The translations under genes were made by a program, and so were the position numbers. Under the pieces are notes generated by a model that did not search any database, was not told the DNA's origin, and saw only the letters and a program-made list of their open reading frames with translations. Source: an uncultured Acidimicrobiaceae bacterium (GTDB taxonomy: Bacteria > Actinomycetota > Acidimicrobiia > Spongiisociales > UBA5794). Taken from it: 64,000 nucleotides of DNA. Where the stretch lies: contig CAMYKI010000004.1 of the NCBI GenBank assembly GCA_947258985.1, positions 21,498 to 85,497 on the forward strand, read 5' to 3'. Positions 39,966 to 47,916 of this stretch are shown piece after piece. Numbering within the stretch: the first letter of the stretch is position 1; every line of letters starts with the position of its first letter.

Positions 39966-41446
39966 ACCCCGGTCATATAGGTCTTGCCGGCGACGACCGT
40001 GCACAGGAATGCCCCGGCAGATGTGACTAGTTGGTAGCGATCTGCAGGATGCTCTCCATCCCACCAGCGGCCCACCTTGCGCCACGGGCCCGCCCAGGAA
40101 ATGACCTCTACCCACCGACTGCCGAGCCTGATTCGAACGGGCAGCCCGTCATCCCAGTCGACTTCGAGTGGATAGGGCTCCTTTGGGACGAGAGCGGGTG
40201 ACGGAACCGGGATGCGTCCCGGCCACGGAGCCCTCGGGTCACGTTCCGGGGCGGGTGGATGCTCTCCCCAGCGGTACCACAGAGCTCGTTCGCCCGGATC
40301 ACGACCCCCCTGGGGTATTGCCTGCAGCACGTCACCCTCTCCGACGATGGCCTGGGTCTGGGCAAAGGCGCGCTGCGACTCGGCGGCGGATAAAGCATCC
40401 TCGTCGAGCGCAAGCTGGCGACCGTCGTCCGAAAGATCGGCAGGCATTATCCGGAGACGAACCAGGCCGCCTCGAATACCCGGCCCGCTACGCAGACGAG
40501 CGGTGTCGAGCCATGCTTGTAGTTGCCAACGGACTCGTTCCGCCAGCATTGCCTCGTTGAAGGGGTCGGCACTGCGCCATGTCCTGTTGCGCACCGCACC
40601 ATCGGCCGCCTCTGCTTCAACCTCTATGCGATGCGGAATGCTGCCCTGCAACATCGGCGAAGCAAGTAGCTGATGAGCCAACCCTCTGGCGACAAAGGCA
40701 GCTTGCTCCAGGTTCTCGAGAGGTGGTTCGAACTTCTCCTCAATGCTCAAATCGTCGGCAATGACCCGGTTCCGGGTATCTCGATCCTCGCCCGTCGCCA
40801 AACGGTGCGCCCTCAAACCATCGGGACCAAAGCGGGATACAATCGCTTCTCTAGGCAAAGCCGCCAACTCGCCGAGGGTGCTGATCCCCAGCCAGCGAAA
40901 GACCGCAGCCATGTCCTCGCTGTCGAGAGCGGCGACGTCGAGGTTTCCTCGGAAAGCGTCGTCATCGTCAACGATGAACATGGGATCATCGTCGGTGGCC
41001 ATCTCGGCAGCCCGTCTGGCGGCAAACGGTCCGGCGGCAAGCCCTATGCGGAAGCCTCGACCGGCAACGGCATCTATCTCTTTGGCAACACGATCAACCA
41101 ATGATCCTTCGCCACCGAAGTAGCGCACCGCCCCGGTGATGGGTGCCAGGATCAAGCCGGGAATCACGACCTCGATACGCGGAATCAGGGTTTCGACGGC
41201 AACCGCCACCCGCTCAAACCGGGTCATCTCCGCTCCGGGGTCGTGCTCGATGGTGGCAACCGTTGGGCAGATCGCCTCGGCTTCACGGCGCCGCATACCG
41301 ACCCTGATTCCCGCATCGGCGGCAACCTTGTTGATAGCGACAACCAGGTTCTTGTCATCTATGGCATGGCAGGGCTCAGCCGGTGGCACGTCCGGCCGGC
41401 GCAACGGCCAGTCCGGAAACCAAACGCAGAGCGTTCGTTCCATCAT
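39956..41446 (-). CDS. imuB: ImuB, Y-family DNA-polymerase-like mutasome subunit
   Basis: 496 aa with the N-terminal LCVWFPDWPL typical of ImuB. A UmuC-like palm/fingers fold lacks the canonical acidic catalytic triad context. There is a C-terminal extension. It sits next to imuA' and behind a LexA box. Confidence 0.75.
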   Translation of the reverse strand: MMERTLCVWFPDWPLRRPDVPPAEPCHAIDDKNLVVAINKVAADAGIRVGMRRREAEAICPTVATIEHDPGAEMTRFERVAVAVETLIPRIEVVIPGLILAPITGAVRYFGGEGSLVDRVAKEIDAVAGRGFRIGLAAGPFAARRAAEMATDDDPMFIVDDDDAFRGNLDVAALDSEDMAAVFRWLGISTLGELAALPREAIVSRFGPDGLRAHRLATGEDRDTRNRVIADDLSIEEKFEPPLENLEQAAFVARGLAHQLLASPMLQGSIPHRIEVEAEAADGAVRNRTWRSADPFNEAMLAERVRWQLQAWLDTARLRSGPGIRGGLVRLRIMPADLSDDGRQLALDEDALSAAESQRAFAQTQAIVGEGDVLQAIPQGGRDPGERALWYRWGEHPPAPERDPRAPWPGRIPVPSPALVPKEPYPLEVDWDDGLPVRIRLGSRWVEVISWAGPWRKVGRWWDGEHPADRYQLVTSAGAFLCTVVAGKTYMTGVYD

Positions 41447-41569
41447 CCTCTACCTCGATGAGACGTGTCATGCCGCGCATCGCTTTTCCCGATGCCTCAA
41501 AAACAAGTTTGCGATTCACAAGACGACCGTGCCCTTGCCCGGCTCCTTCCCATTGCACGTGGCGGGCCT

Positions 41570-41893
41570 CTAGTCGGAGATGAGCCAGCCCGGAGGGCCG
41601 CCACTCAGGCCGACGCCGATGCGGTTGCGGCCGCTGCAGCGCACAATCACCAACCGCTCCGGTGATATTCCGCTCTCCCATGCCGCCGGAGGGCTGAGCC
41701 AACCCCGCACGTCGAGATACGCCACGGTGCCCAGCTTCTCTCGCGAGGCCAACATCACAAGACCGAGCCGGGTCAACCCAAAACCGGGGTGACCGATCAG
41801 CCCGGTCACTCGCCCCGGCTGCAACGTCAAGAGATCGGGCGCGCCGAGCTCGGATGCCGGTATCAATTGCTCCAGATTTACCGCGCCCGCCAC
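41570..41893 (-). CDS. imuA: ImuA'-like protein (RecA/SulA-fold mutasome subunit), apparently truncated at 107 aa
   Basis: GRVTGLIGHPGFGLTRLGLVMLA aligns to the degenerate P-loop of ImuA/SulA-like proteins. TVAYLDVRGW...ERLVIVRCS aligns to the following beta-strands. A GTG start lies 25 nt downstream of the SOS box. The ORF stops about 20 aa after the conserved LVIVR strand. Confidence 0.5.
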   Translation of the reverse strand: MAGAVNLEQLIPASELGAPDLLTLQPGRVTGLIGHPGFGLTRLGLVMLASREKLGTVAYLDVRGWLSPPAAWESGISPERLVIVRCSGRNRIGVGLSGGPPGWLISD

Positions 41894-41920
41894 CGTCTCC
41901 GCCTCTCAGGGCACTCCACA

Positions 41921-41942
41921 CTATCGAACATATGTTCGATAG
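41921..41942. promoter_or_regulatory. LexA SOS box upstream of imuA'-imuB
   Basis: A 22-bp perfect palindrome CTATCGAACATATGTTCGATAG. Its core is identical to the box upstream of dnaE2. Confidence 0.7.
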
Positions 41943-42072
41943 ACAAGGGGAACGTTGAGACCGCGAAAACTCCCCTGACTCCCCCGGCAGCTTCGCTCCG
42001 CCCGAAAGGGAGAGGGCTCCCGACGCAACCGGGCGCCCTTCTCCACGGGCTCTTTGCTATCGGACGGCGTCG

Positions 42073-43539
42073 CTATTCGGCTTCCTTTTCGGATGCCGGG
42101 TCCCCCTCCGACCCTGCGGCTGGTTCTTCCACTGGTTCCTCGGCCTCAGGTTCAACGGCGGCCGGTTCAACGGCCTCAGGTTCGACGGCCGGTTCGTCAT
42201 CGGCCGACGGAGGCGTTGCCGCCTTCTTGCCCTCGCTCTCATAGGCCGCTATCCGACGCTGCCGCCACCGCCACACCAGCCAGAGAATCGGGATGACCCA
42301 GATGAACGGGAGCAGCGCGCCCGCAAACAGGACTATGAGCCCGCCTATGGCAAGAAGCGCATCCCAGCTGGCCTCCAGCCCGTCCTGGAAACCGGGAAGC
42401 CCGCCGGGATCGACCGCTTCGATACTCATGGAAACGGTGCTCGCAACCTCACGGCCCTCGACACGATTGCCTTCCTCGTTGACCGGCTCGGCACTCACCC
42501 GGGTTTGGGTTCGCTGGTTGCGCTCCACCGTGATTTCGTGAGCCAGCACGAGAGACTGCCCCGGCTCGAGGATCCCGCTGGGATCGCCCCAGACCACTAT
42601 CAGATCGGCGAGTTCGATGTCGAGGACCGCGTCACGCAGCGTGAAACCCGCCAGCGGAGTGTCCCCGACATTGGTTATCTCGAAACAGACTGTCGCCTTC
42701 TCACCCTCTTCAACGCTGATCCGACCATCGGCGGGACAAGAGATCCCGTCGTCGTGGCCGGCGAATCCGCTGACATCGAGGTCGAAACCCGGCGCGCTCA
42801 GGGCCTCAGTGAGAGTCAGGTAGATCGTGGCGAGGTCAACCCTGTCTTGCAGAGTCCTCAGCTGCCCGCGCATCGTCTCGAGGTCCGTCTCGCGCCGGAG
42901 CAGCTGGTTTTCCAGCTCGGCGATCGTCTCGATGTCGCTCGCTTCCTCGAGGAATCCCTTGAGACGCTCGACGCTGGCCTCGGCTGTGCTGATCCTGCTC
43001 TCCAGATCGACGACCCTCTCGGTGACGTCGTCCGCCGATACGGTCTGGGTGCGGATGTCGCCGACGGTGCCCAGTCTGGCCAATGCCTGCTGGAAGTCAC
43101 CGGGAAGAACTTTGAACGTCAACCGGCTGATCGGCTCGGGCTCTCCGGTGGATTCTTGCCCGAAAAGGAACCCCCCGAGTTCCTCGATAATCCTCGTCGC
43201 CTCCGCGCTGGCCGCGGCCACGTCGACCACCGCCACCGTCATGTCGGCGGTGAAGATGATGTCCCGCCCCAATGACCTGGTCTGCAGAAAGGCCGCATCC
43301 ACGCCCCCGCTGCCAAGAGCGTCGGCTTTTGCCTCGTCGGCCGGAGCGGGAGCCCCGGTACCGCCATCATCACCCGAGTCGTCCAGCTCCTCGCTGATCG
43401 CTTCAGAGCCGGCGGCTGCGGCGGTTGTCTCCGACGCTGTCCCACTGTCGTCGTTGCTCCCGCAGGCCGCAAGGATCAGGAGCAACACGGTCAGCAAGGC
43501 GGCGATCTTTTTCCAGGTGGGTGTCGATCTCGGGCTCAT
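42073..43539 (-). CDS. DUF4349-domain lipoprotein with C-terminal TM helix and acidic tail
   Basis: Lipobox LLILAACGSND. The central region is DIIFTADMTVAVVDV... followed by a coiled-coil. The C-terminal TM is LLAIGGLIVLFAGALLPFIWVIPILWLVW. The acidic AVEPEAVEPAAVEPEAEEP tail is low-complexity. Confidence 0.55.
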   Translation of the reverse strand: MSPRSTPTWKKIAALLTVLLLILAACGSNDDSGTASETTAAAAGSEAISEELDDSGDDGGTGAPAPADEAKADALGSGGVDAAFLQTRSLGRDIIFTADMTVAVVDVAAASAEATRIIEELGGFLFGQESTGEPEPISRLTFKVLPGDFQQALARLGTVGDIRTQTVSADDVTERVVDLESRISTAEASVERLKGFLEEASDIETIAELENQLLRRETDLETMRGQLRTLQDRVDLATIYLTLTEALSAPGFDLDVSGFAGHDDGISCPADGRISVEEGEKATVCFEITNVGDTPLAGFTLRDAVLDIELADLIVVWGDPSGILEPGQSLVLAHEITVERNQRTQTRVSAEPVNEEGNRVEGREVASTVSMSIEAVDPGGLPGFQDGLEASWDALLAIGGLIVLFAGALLPFIWVIPILWLVWRWRQRRIAAYESEGKKAATPPSADDEPAVEPEAVEPAAVEPEAEEPVEEPAAGSEGDPASEKEAE

Positions 43540-43695
43540 CCGGGTCTCCCATGTCGTATACCGGGTTGGACGCTATCGGTCCCGGGTCCGGTTCCCCCAC
43601 GGAGGCACCGGATCCGTCGCCCTATCTATCGCCAGGATTGCTCCTCGTACTGAGCCATGCGTAGAGATACGATGGAAGGAGACGGCGGAGGCTCC

Positions 43696-43887
43696 ATGCA
43701 AGATCCCCAGAAACGGCCCGGGCACACCAATTACGACTGGATAAACGGGATGCGGGTCGGCATCGTGGTAGGCGCCATCCTCGGGATACTGATTGGCGTT
43801 GTCACCGGATGGCTCCCGCTTCTTTGGCTTCTCGTCGGCGGCGCTGCCGGGGGAATCCTCGGCGCCAACCTGGCGCATCGCTGGTAA
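43696..43887 (+). CDS. Small membrane protein (GlsB/YeaQ/YmgE-like, 63 aa)
   Basis: MQDPQKRPGHTNYDWINGMRVGIVVGAILGILIGVVTGWLPLLWLLVGGAAGGILGANLAHRW has two glycine-zipper TM helices. GGAGG lies 4 nt before the ATG. A stem-loop CCGACCAGatccgccCTGGTCGG follows the stop. Confidence 0.4.
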   Translation: MQDPQKRPGHTNYDWINGMRVGIVVGAILGILIGVVTGWLPLLWLLVGGAAGGILGANLAHRW

Positions 43888-44002
43888 CCGACCAGATCCG
43901 CCCTGGTCGGCGTACCGACAATCAGTCGTGCGGGATCGACTCGTTGTGCGCCTCCCGACGCGGTACCCTTCTCAACGACACTCCCTACGAGAGGAGCCTG
44001 CA

Positions 44003-44209
44003 GTGTCTGTTGCGAAGGTGATTGAGATCACGTCTACCTCACCCGGGTCTTTCGAGGATGCCATCCGCAAGGGTATCTCCAAGGCACAACGCACCATCGA
44101 GGGGATTCGAGGGGCCTGGATTTCGGAGCAAAAGGTCGTCATTGCCGAAGACGGCACGATCAAGCACTTCCGCGTAGACATGAAGCTCACCTTCGTCCTC
44201 GAGGACTGA
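44003..44209 (+). CDS. Dodecin (flavin-binding, 68 aa)
   Basis: VSVAKVIEITSTSPGSFEDAIRKGISKAQRTIEGIRGAWISEQKVVIAEDGTIKHFRVDMKLTFVLED. A GAGGAG ribosome-binding site is followed by a GTG start. Confidence 0.75.
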   Translation: MSVAKVIEITSTSPGSFEDAIRKGISKAQRTIEGIRGAWISEQKVVIAEDGTIKHFRVDMKLTFVLED

Positions 44210-44388
44210 ACCTCGGGTCCAGGGAGGCGAACTGATCGTCGCCTGAGCCGGAATCAGCCGGGAGGACAGACAAGGATGCGGCGATCCCAAGACGATCGGG
44301 TCGCCAATCCGAGCCGAGGTTCAGTCGTGACCTCGCTCAAGCGCCCAAAGAGGCACTAGCCGTACCTCACAGACCCTCAAACGCGACT

Positions 44389-44414
44389 GAGGCCCCTGCG
44401 ATCGCAGGGGCCTC
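44389..44414. terminator. Bidirectional intrinsic-terminator-like hairpin between convergent dodecin and pnp
   Basis: GAGGCCCCTGCGATCGCAGGGGCCTC is a 26-bp perfect palindrome (11-bp GC-rich stem). It ends 20 nt before the pnp stop codon. Confidence 0.5.
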
Positions 44415-44433
44415 AGTCCTGTAGCTAGTGGGT

Positions 44434-46809
44434 CTAGATCCCCTTCTCGAACTCGTCCTCGAAGGAGACAACGGTACGGTTAGAGCTGCTCTCACGCCGA
44501 TCGTCACGGCTGCGGTCACGATCACGGCCCCGACCCCGACCACCACGGTCGCCACGGTCGCCACGGTCACGACCCCGGTCACGATCTCGGCCGCGATCAC
44601 CATCGCGCCGCCCGGATCGCTCGCCTCCACCGCTGGAGGTCGGCGTGTCCTCGGTCACGAGCTGCACGCCCTCGGCGAGGTCAAGGCTGACCTTGCCGCG
44701 GTCGTCGATCTCGCGCACCAGCACGTTGACTTTGTCGCCGAGAGCAAGAACGTCTTCGACCTTCTCGATCCGCTTGCCTCCGCCCATCTTCGAGATGTGC
44801 AGCAAGCCGTCGCGGCCGGGGAGGATGTTGACGAAGGCGCCGAACTTGGTGATGTTGACGACCTCGCCTTCGTATGTCTCGCCGACGTTTGCCTCGGGCG
44901 GGAAGCCGATTGCAAGGATGCGCTCACGCGCTAACTCCATCGAAGCGGTGTCGGATGCGCCAACCCGAACGATTCCCTCGTCGTCGATCTCGATGGTCGC
45001 TCCGGTCTCCTCCTCGAGCTCCCGGATCGTCTTGCCCTTTGGTCCGATGACCTCGCCAATCTTGTCCTTCGGGATCTCGATCGCTTCGATCTTCGGGGCG
45101 TTGGCCGCCAGTTCCTCACGCGGACCGGCGAGCGCTTCAGTCATCTTGTCCAAGATGAAGTGGCGGGCATCACGGGCCTGGCCCATCGCCTTGACCAGAA
45201 TCTCGGCGGGGAGGCTCTCGATCTTCGTGTCGAGCTGGAGCGCCGTGATCATCTCACGGGTCCCGGCGACCTTGAAGTCCATGTCACCAAGATGATCCTC
45301 AGCACCGAGGATGTCGGTGAGCGTGACGTACTTGCCGTCCTGCTCGATGAGCCCCATGGCGATACCCGCCACCGGTGCCTCGATCGGCACGCCGGCGTCC
45401 ATCAGAGACATGGAAGATCCGCAAACCGATGCCATCGAGCTGGACCCGTTTGACATGAGAACCTCGGATACGAGGCGGTAGGCGTAGGGGAAGTCCTCGA
45501 TCGGCGGAATCACCGGGAGCAGGGCTTTCTCAGCCAGGGCACCGTGCCCGATCTCGCGTCGCTTCGGGCCACGCATGAAACCCGTCTCTCCGGTGGAGAA
45601 CGGCGGGAAGTTGTAGTGATGCATGTACCGCTTCGACTCTTCGAGATCGATGGTGTCGAGCATCTGCTCCATGCGAAGCATGCCGAGGGTGGTGGTGTTG
45701 AGCACCTGGGTCTCGCCACGCTTGAACATCGCGGAACCGTGTGCCTGACCGAGCAGACCGACCTCGATGTCGATAGGACGGACATCGGTCAGCCCGCGAC
45801 CGTCCATGCGGACGCTTTCGCCGACAACGCGGGAACGCATCACCTTCTTGTGGACTGCCTTGATGGCCTTCTTGGCGGCCCTGAGGGTGGCCTCGTCATC
45901 TTCGCTGATTTCGAGAGCAGCCATTGTTTCGTCCGCGGCCGCGGACTCGGCATCCTGCCTCTGGTGCTTGTCGACGATTGTGCCGAGCGCCTCGAACTTG
46001 GGCTGAGCGATGGCCGCAACGCGGTCATAGAGCTCAGCCGAGTAGTCCTCGGTCACCGGGAATTCGACAGGGTTGATTTCCCCGGCCTGGGCGCGCAGCT
46101 CGACCTGAAGGTCGATGATCTGCCCGATGTAACCCTTGGCCTCTTCGAGCCCACGGGTGATGGTGTCTTCGTCGCTGGCGGGCTGGCCACCATCGACCAT
46201 GCGATGGCCGTGCTCGGTGGCCCCGGCCTCGACCATGGCGATATCGACATCACCTGCGGCGTTGCGCTTGCCGGCTACGACGAGCTGGAAGACAGACTCT
46301 TCGAGTTCTTCGAAGGTCGGGAATGGAATCCACTCGCCGTTGCTGAGCGCCAGCTTTACCGCACCCAGGGGACCCAGGAAGGGAATCGGGCTGACGGTAA
46401 GAGCCGCCGACGCAGCATTCAGCGCCGGCACGTCGTAGTCGTTGACCAGATCGGCCGAAAGAATGGTTGCCACAACGTGGGTCTCATAGAGGAACCCATT
46501 GGGGAATGAAGGACGAAGCGGCCGGTCAATCAACCGTGCCGTCAGTGTTGCCTTCTCTGTTGCCCGTCCCTCACGTCGGAAGAACGAACCGGGGATACGC
46601 CCAACGGCGTACATCCTCTCTTCTACATCCACTGTGAGTGGAAAGAAATCTGCACCCTCGCGCATCTTGCGGCTGGAAGTAGCCGTTACAAGGACGTCGG
46701 TGTCGCCAATGCTGGCGACGACGGCGCCGTCTGCGAGGAGAGCAAGTTTGCCCGTCGATAGGACGAGCTCTTTGTCGCCAATGCGACCGCGTACTGTGGT
46801 CTCTGCCAC
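44434..46809 (-). CDS. pnp: Polynucleotide phosphorylase / polyribonucleotide nucleotidyltransferase
   Basis: 791 aa: two RNase PH domains, KH and S1 domains, and a C-terminal R/G/D-rich tail (RDRDRGRDRGDRGDRGGRGRGRDRDR). Confidence 0.9.
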   Translation of the reverse strand: MAETTVRGRIGDKELVLSTGKLALLADGAVVASIGDTDVLVTATSSRKMREGADFFPLTVDVEERMYAVGRIPGSFFRREGRATEKATLTARLIDRPLRPSFPNGFLYETHVVATILSADLVNDYDVPALNAASAALTVSPIPFLGPLGAVKLALSNGEWIPFPTFEELEESVFQLVVAGKRNAAGDVDIAMVEAGATEHGHRMVDGGQPASDEDTITRGLEEAKGYIGQIIDLQVELRAQAGEINPVEFPVTEDYSAELYDRVAAIAQPKFEALGTIVDKHQRQDAESAAADETMAALEISEDDEATLRAAKKAIKAVHKKVMRSRVVGESVRMDGRGLTDVRPIDIEVGLLGQAHGSAMFKRGETQVLNTTTLGMLRMEQMLDTIDLEESKRYMHHYNFPPFSTGETGFMRGPKRREIGHGALAEKALLPVIPPIEDFPYAYRLVSEVLMSNGSSSMASVCGSSMSLMDAGVPIEAPVAGIAMGLIEQDGKYVTLTDILGAEDHLGDMDFKVAGTREMITALQLDTKIESLPAEILVKAMGQARDARHFILDKMTEALAGPREELAANAPKIEAIEIPKDKIGEVIGPKGKTIRELEEETGATIEIDDEGIVRVGASDTASMELARERILAIGFPPEANVGETYEGEVVNITKFGAFVNILPGRDGLLHISKMGGGKRIEKVEDVLALGDKVNVLVREIDDRGKVSLDLAEGVQLVTEDTPTSSGGGERSGRRDGDRGRDRDRGRDRGDRGDRGGRGRGRDRDRSRDDRRESSSNRTVVSFEDEFEKGI

Positions 46810-46829
46810 GCGCGTCTCCTTAGATATGG

Positions 46830-46980
46830 GAGGAGAGCGGACAATTGGCAGTGGTCGAGCTTCGGGGCGGTCGAAACCCGACCACTGACAACTGAGAGCT
46901 ATCCCCCGCTTTCTGTTGTCTCGGGAACCTGTGGTTCCCGTTGGAACACGCAGAAGGCGGCACTAGGCCGCCCTCCGGGG
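46830..46980 (-). promoter_or_regulatory. pnp 5' leader / rpsO terminator region with stem-loops
   Basis: GGCGGC-actag-GCCGCC is a hairpin right after rpsO. A 9-bp-stem hairpin CAGTGGTCG...CGACCACTG lies about 70 nt upstream of pnp. The pattern matches the position of the RNase III-processed autoregulatory pnp leader known in other bacteria. Confidence 0.35.
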
Positions 46981-46984
46981 TTCT

Positions 46985-47242
46985 CTATCGCCTCAGTCCA
47001 AGACTGGCGATGAGGCTGCGATACCTCTCGACATCCTGGTTCCTGAGGTACTTGAGGAGCCGTCGGCGCTTGCCGACCATCATCAACAGACCCCGCCGGC
47101 TGTGATGGTCTTTTGTATTGACCTTCAAATGCTCGGTGAGGTGGCTGATGCGCTCGGAGAGCAACGCAACCTGGACCTCGGGCGAACCCGTGTCCGAGTC
47201 GTGCAGCCCATGTTCTTCGATAATCGTCTTCGTGTCTTTCAC
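46985..47242 (-). CDS. rpsO: 30S ribosomal protein S15
   Basis: The sequence ends [27 protein letters not shown] start after AGGAAAC. Confidence 0.85.
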   Translation of the reverse strand: MKDTKTIIEEHGLHDSDTGSPEVQVALLSERISHLTEHLKVNTKDHHSRRGLLMMVGKRRRLLKYLRNQDVERYRSLIASLGLRR

Positions 47243-47326
47243 GCAGAAGTTTCCTTTGAGGGAAGAAAGCGCGGACGAGCGTCCGGCGAGGATTGTAACA
47301 CGTTGTACGATTCCGCCAACTGCCGG

Positions 47327-47836
47327 CTAGCTGCCCCTCACAAAAGTACCGATCTCGTGGTCTTTTGCTACGCCGGGGAATCGCAAAACCTTGTTGTGCA
47401 TGACAACGTATACGCCCGGATCGAGCAGTTGAACTGCAAGGAGCGCTTCGGTCAGGTTCTGCAACGCATCAGTGTCGCGTAGCTCGTAGGGCCGCATCGC
47501 GCCGGTGAAGACGACCGGTGCGCCGGGAACCCCAGCACGGTGCGTCACTTCCCCGCTCTCTGCGAGACGGTCGGTGCCATGGACCACCACGACGCCGTCG
47601 CTTCGCCGGGCTGCGTCGCCCACCGTGACGGCAATGAGGTCGTGATCCGCCTGATCCATCTCGAGGCTGTCCTTGTTCATCAAGTGGATTCGCTCGATGG
47701 CGAGTTCGCCGAGTCGCAGCTGCCCGAGCATGTGGTCGAGCACGCTCGTCTCGTTGCGCAGCTCCCCCGAACCTGGTTGATACGTCTTTTCGATGGTCCC
47801 CCCCGTCGATATGAGGGCAACCCTGAATCTGCTCAT
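47327..47836 (-). CDS. Asparaginase N-terminal-domain protein (169 aa, lacks the C-terminal domain)
   Basis: Threonine motif ISTGGTIE, HGTD and FTGAMRP blocks of the L-asparaginase / GatD family. Confidence 0.55.
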   Translation of the reverse strand: MSRFRVALISTGGTIEKTYQPGSGELRNETSVLDHMLGQLRLGELAIERIHLMNKDSLEMDQADHDLIAVTVGDAARRSDGVVVVHGTDRLAESGEVTHRAGVPGAPVVFTGAMRPYELRDTDALQNLTEALLAVQLLDPGVYVVMHNKVLRFPGVAKDHEIGTFVRGS

Positions 47837-47866
47837 GGCAGAGAGGCTACTGCGCCCACATCACGC

Positions 47867-47912
47867 GTCTGGCGTACGTGAGCGCTGTATACAGCGCTCA
47901 CGTACGCCAGAC
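47867..47912. promoter_or_regulatory. 46-bp perfect palindrome between glgP (3' end) and the asparaginase-like gene (5' end)
   Basis: GTCTGGCGTACGTGAGCGCTGTA|TACAGCGCTCACGTACGCCAGAC has 23-bp perfect arms and no U-tract on either side. It is a terminator for glgP and/or an operator for the downstream gene. Confidence 0.5.
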
Positions 47913-47916
47913 ACCG

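Noticed and set aside
41376-41569. Alternative-frame continuation of imuA' (frame of ORF 41376..41921) that would give an about 170-aa product
   Set aside because: Third codon positions in this stretch are AT-rich. That is uncharacteristic of coding DNA here. It would also overlap imuB by 70 nt. I keep it only as a possibility in the findings.
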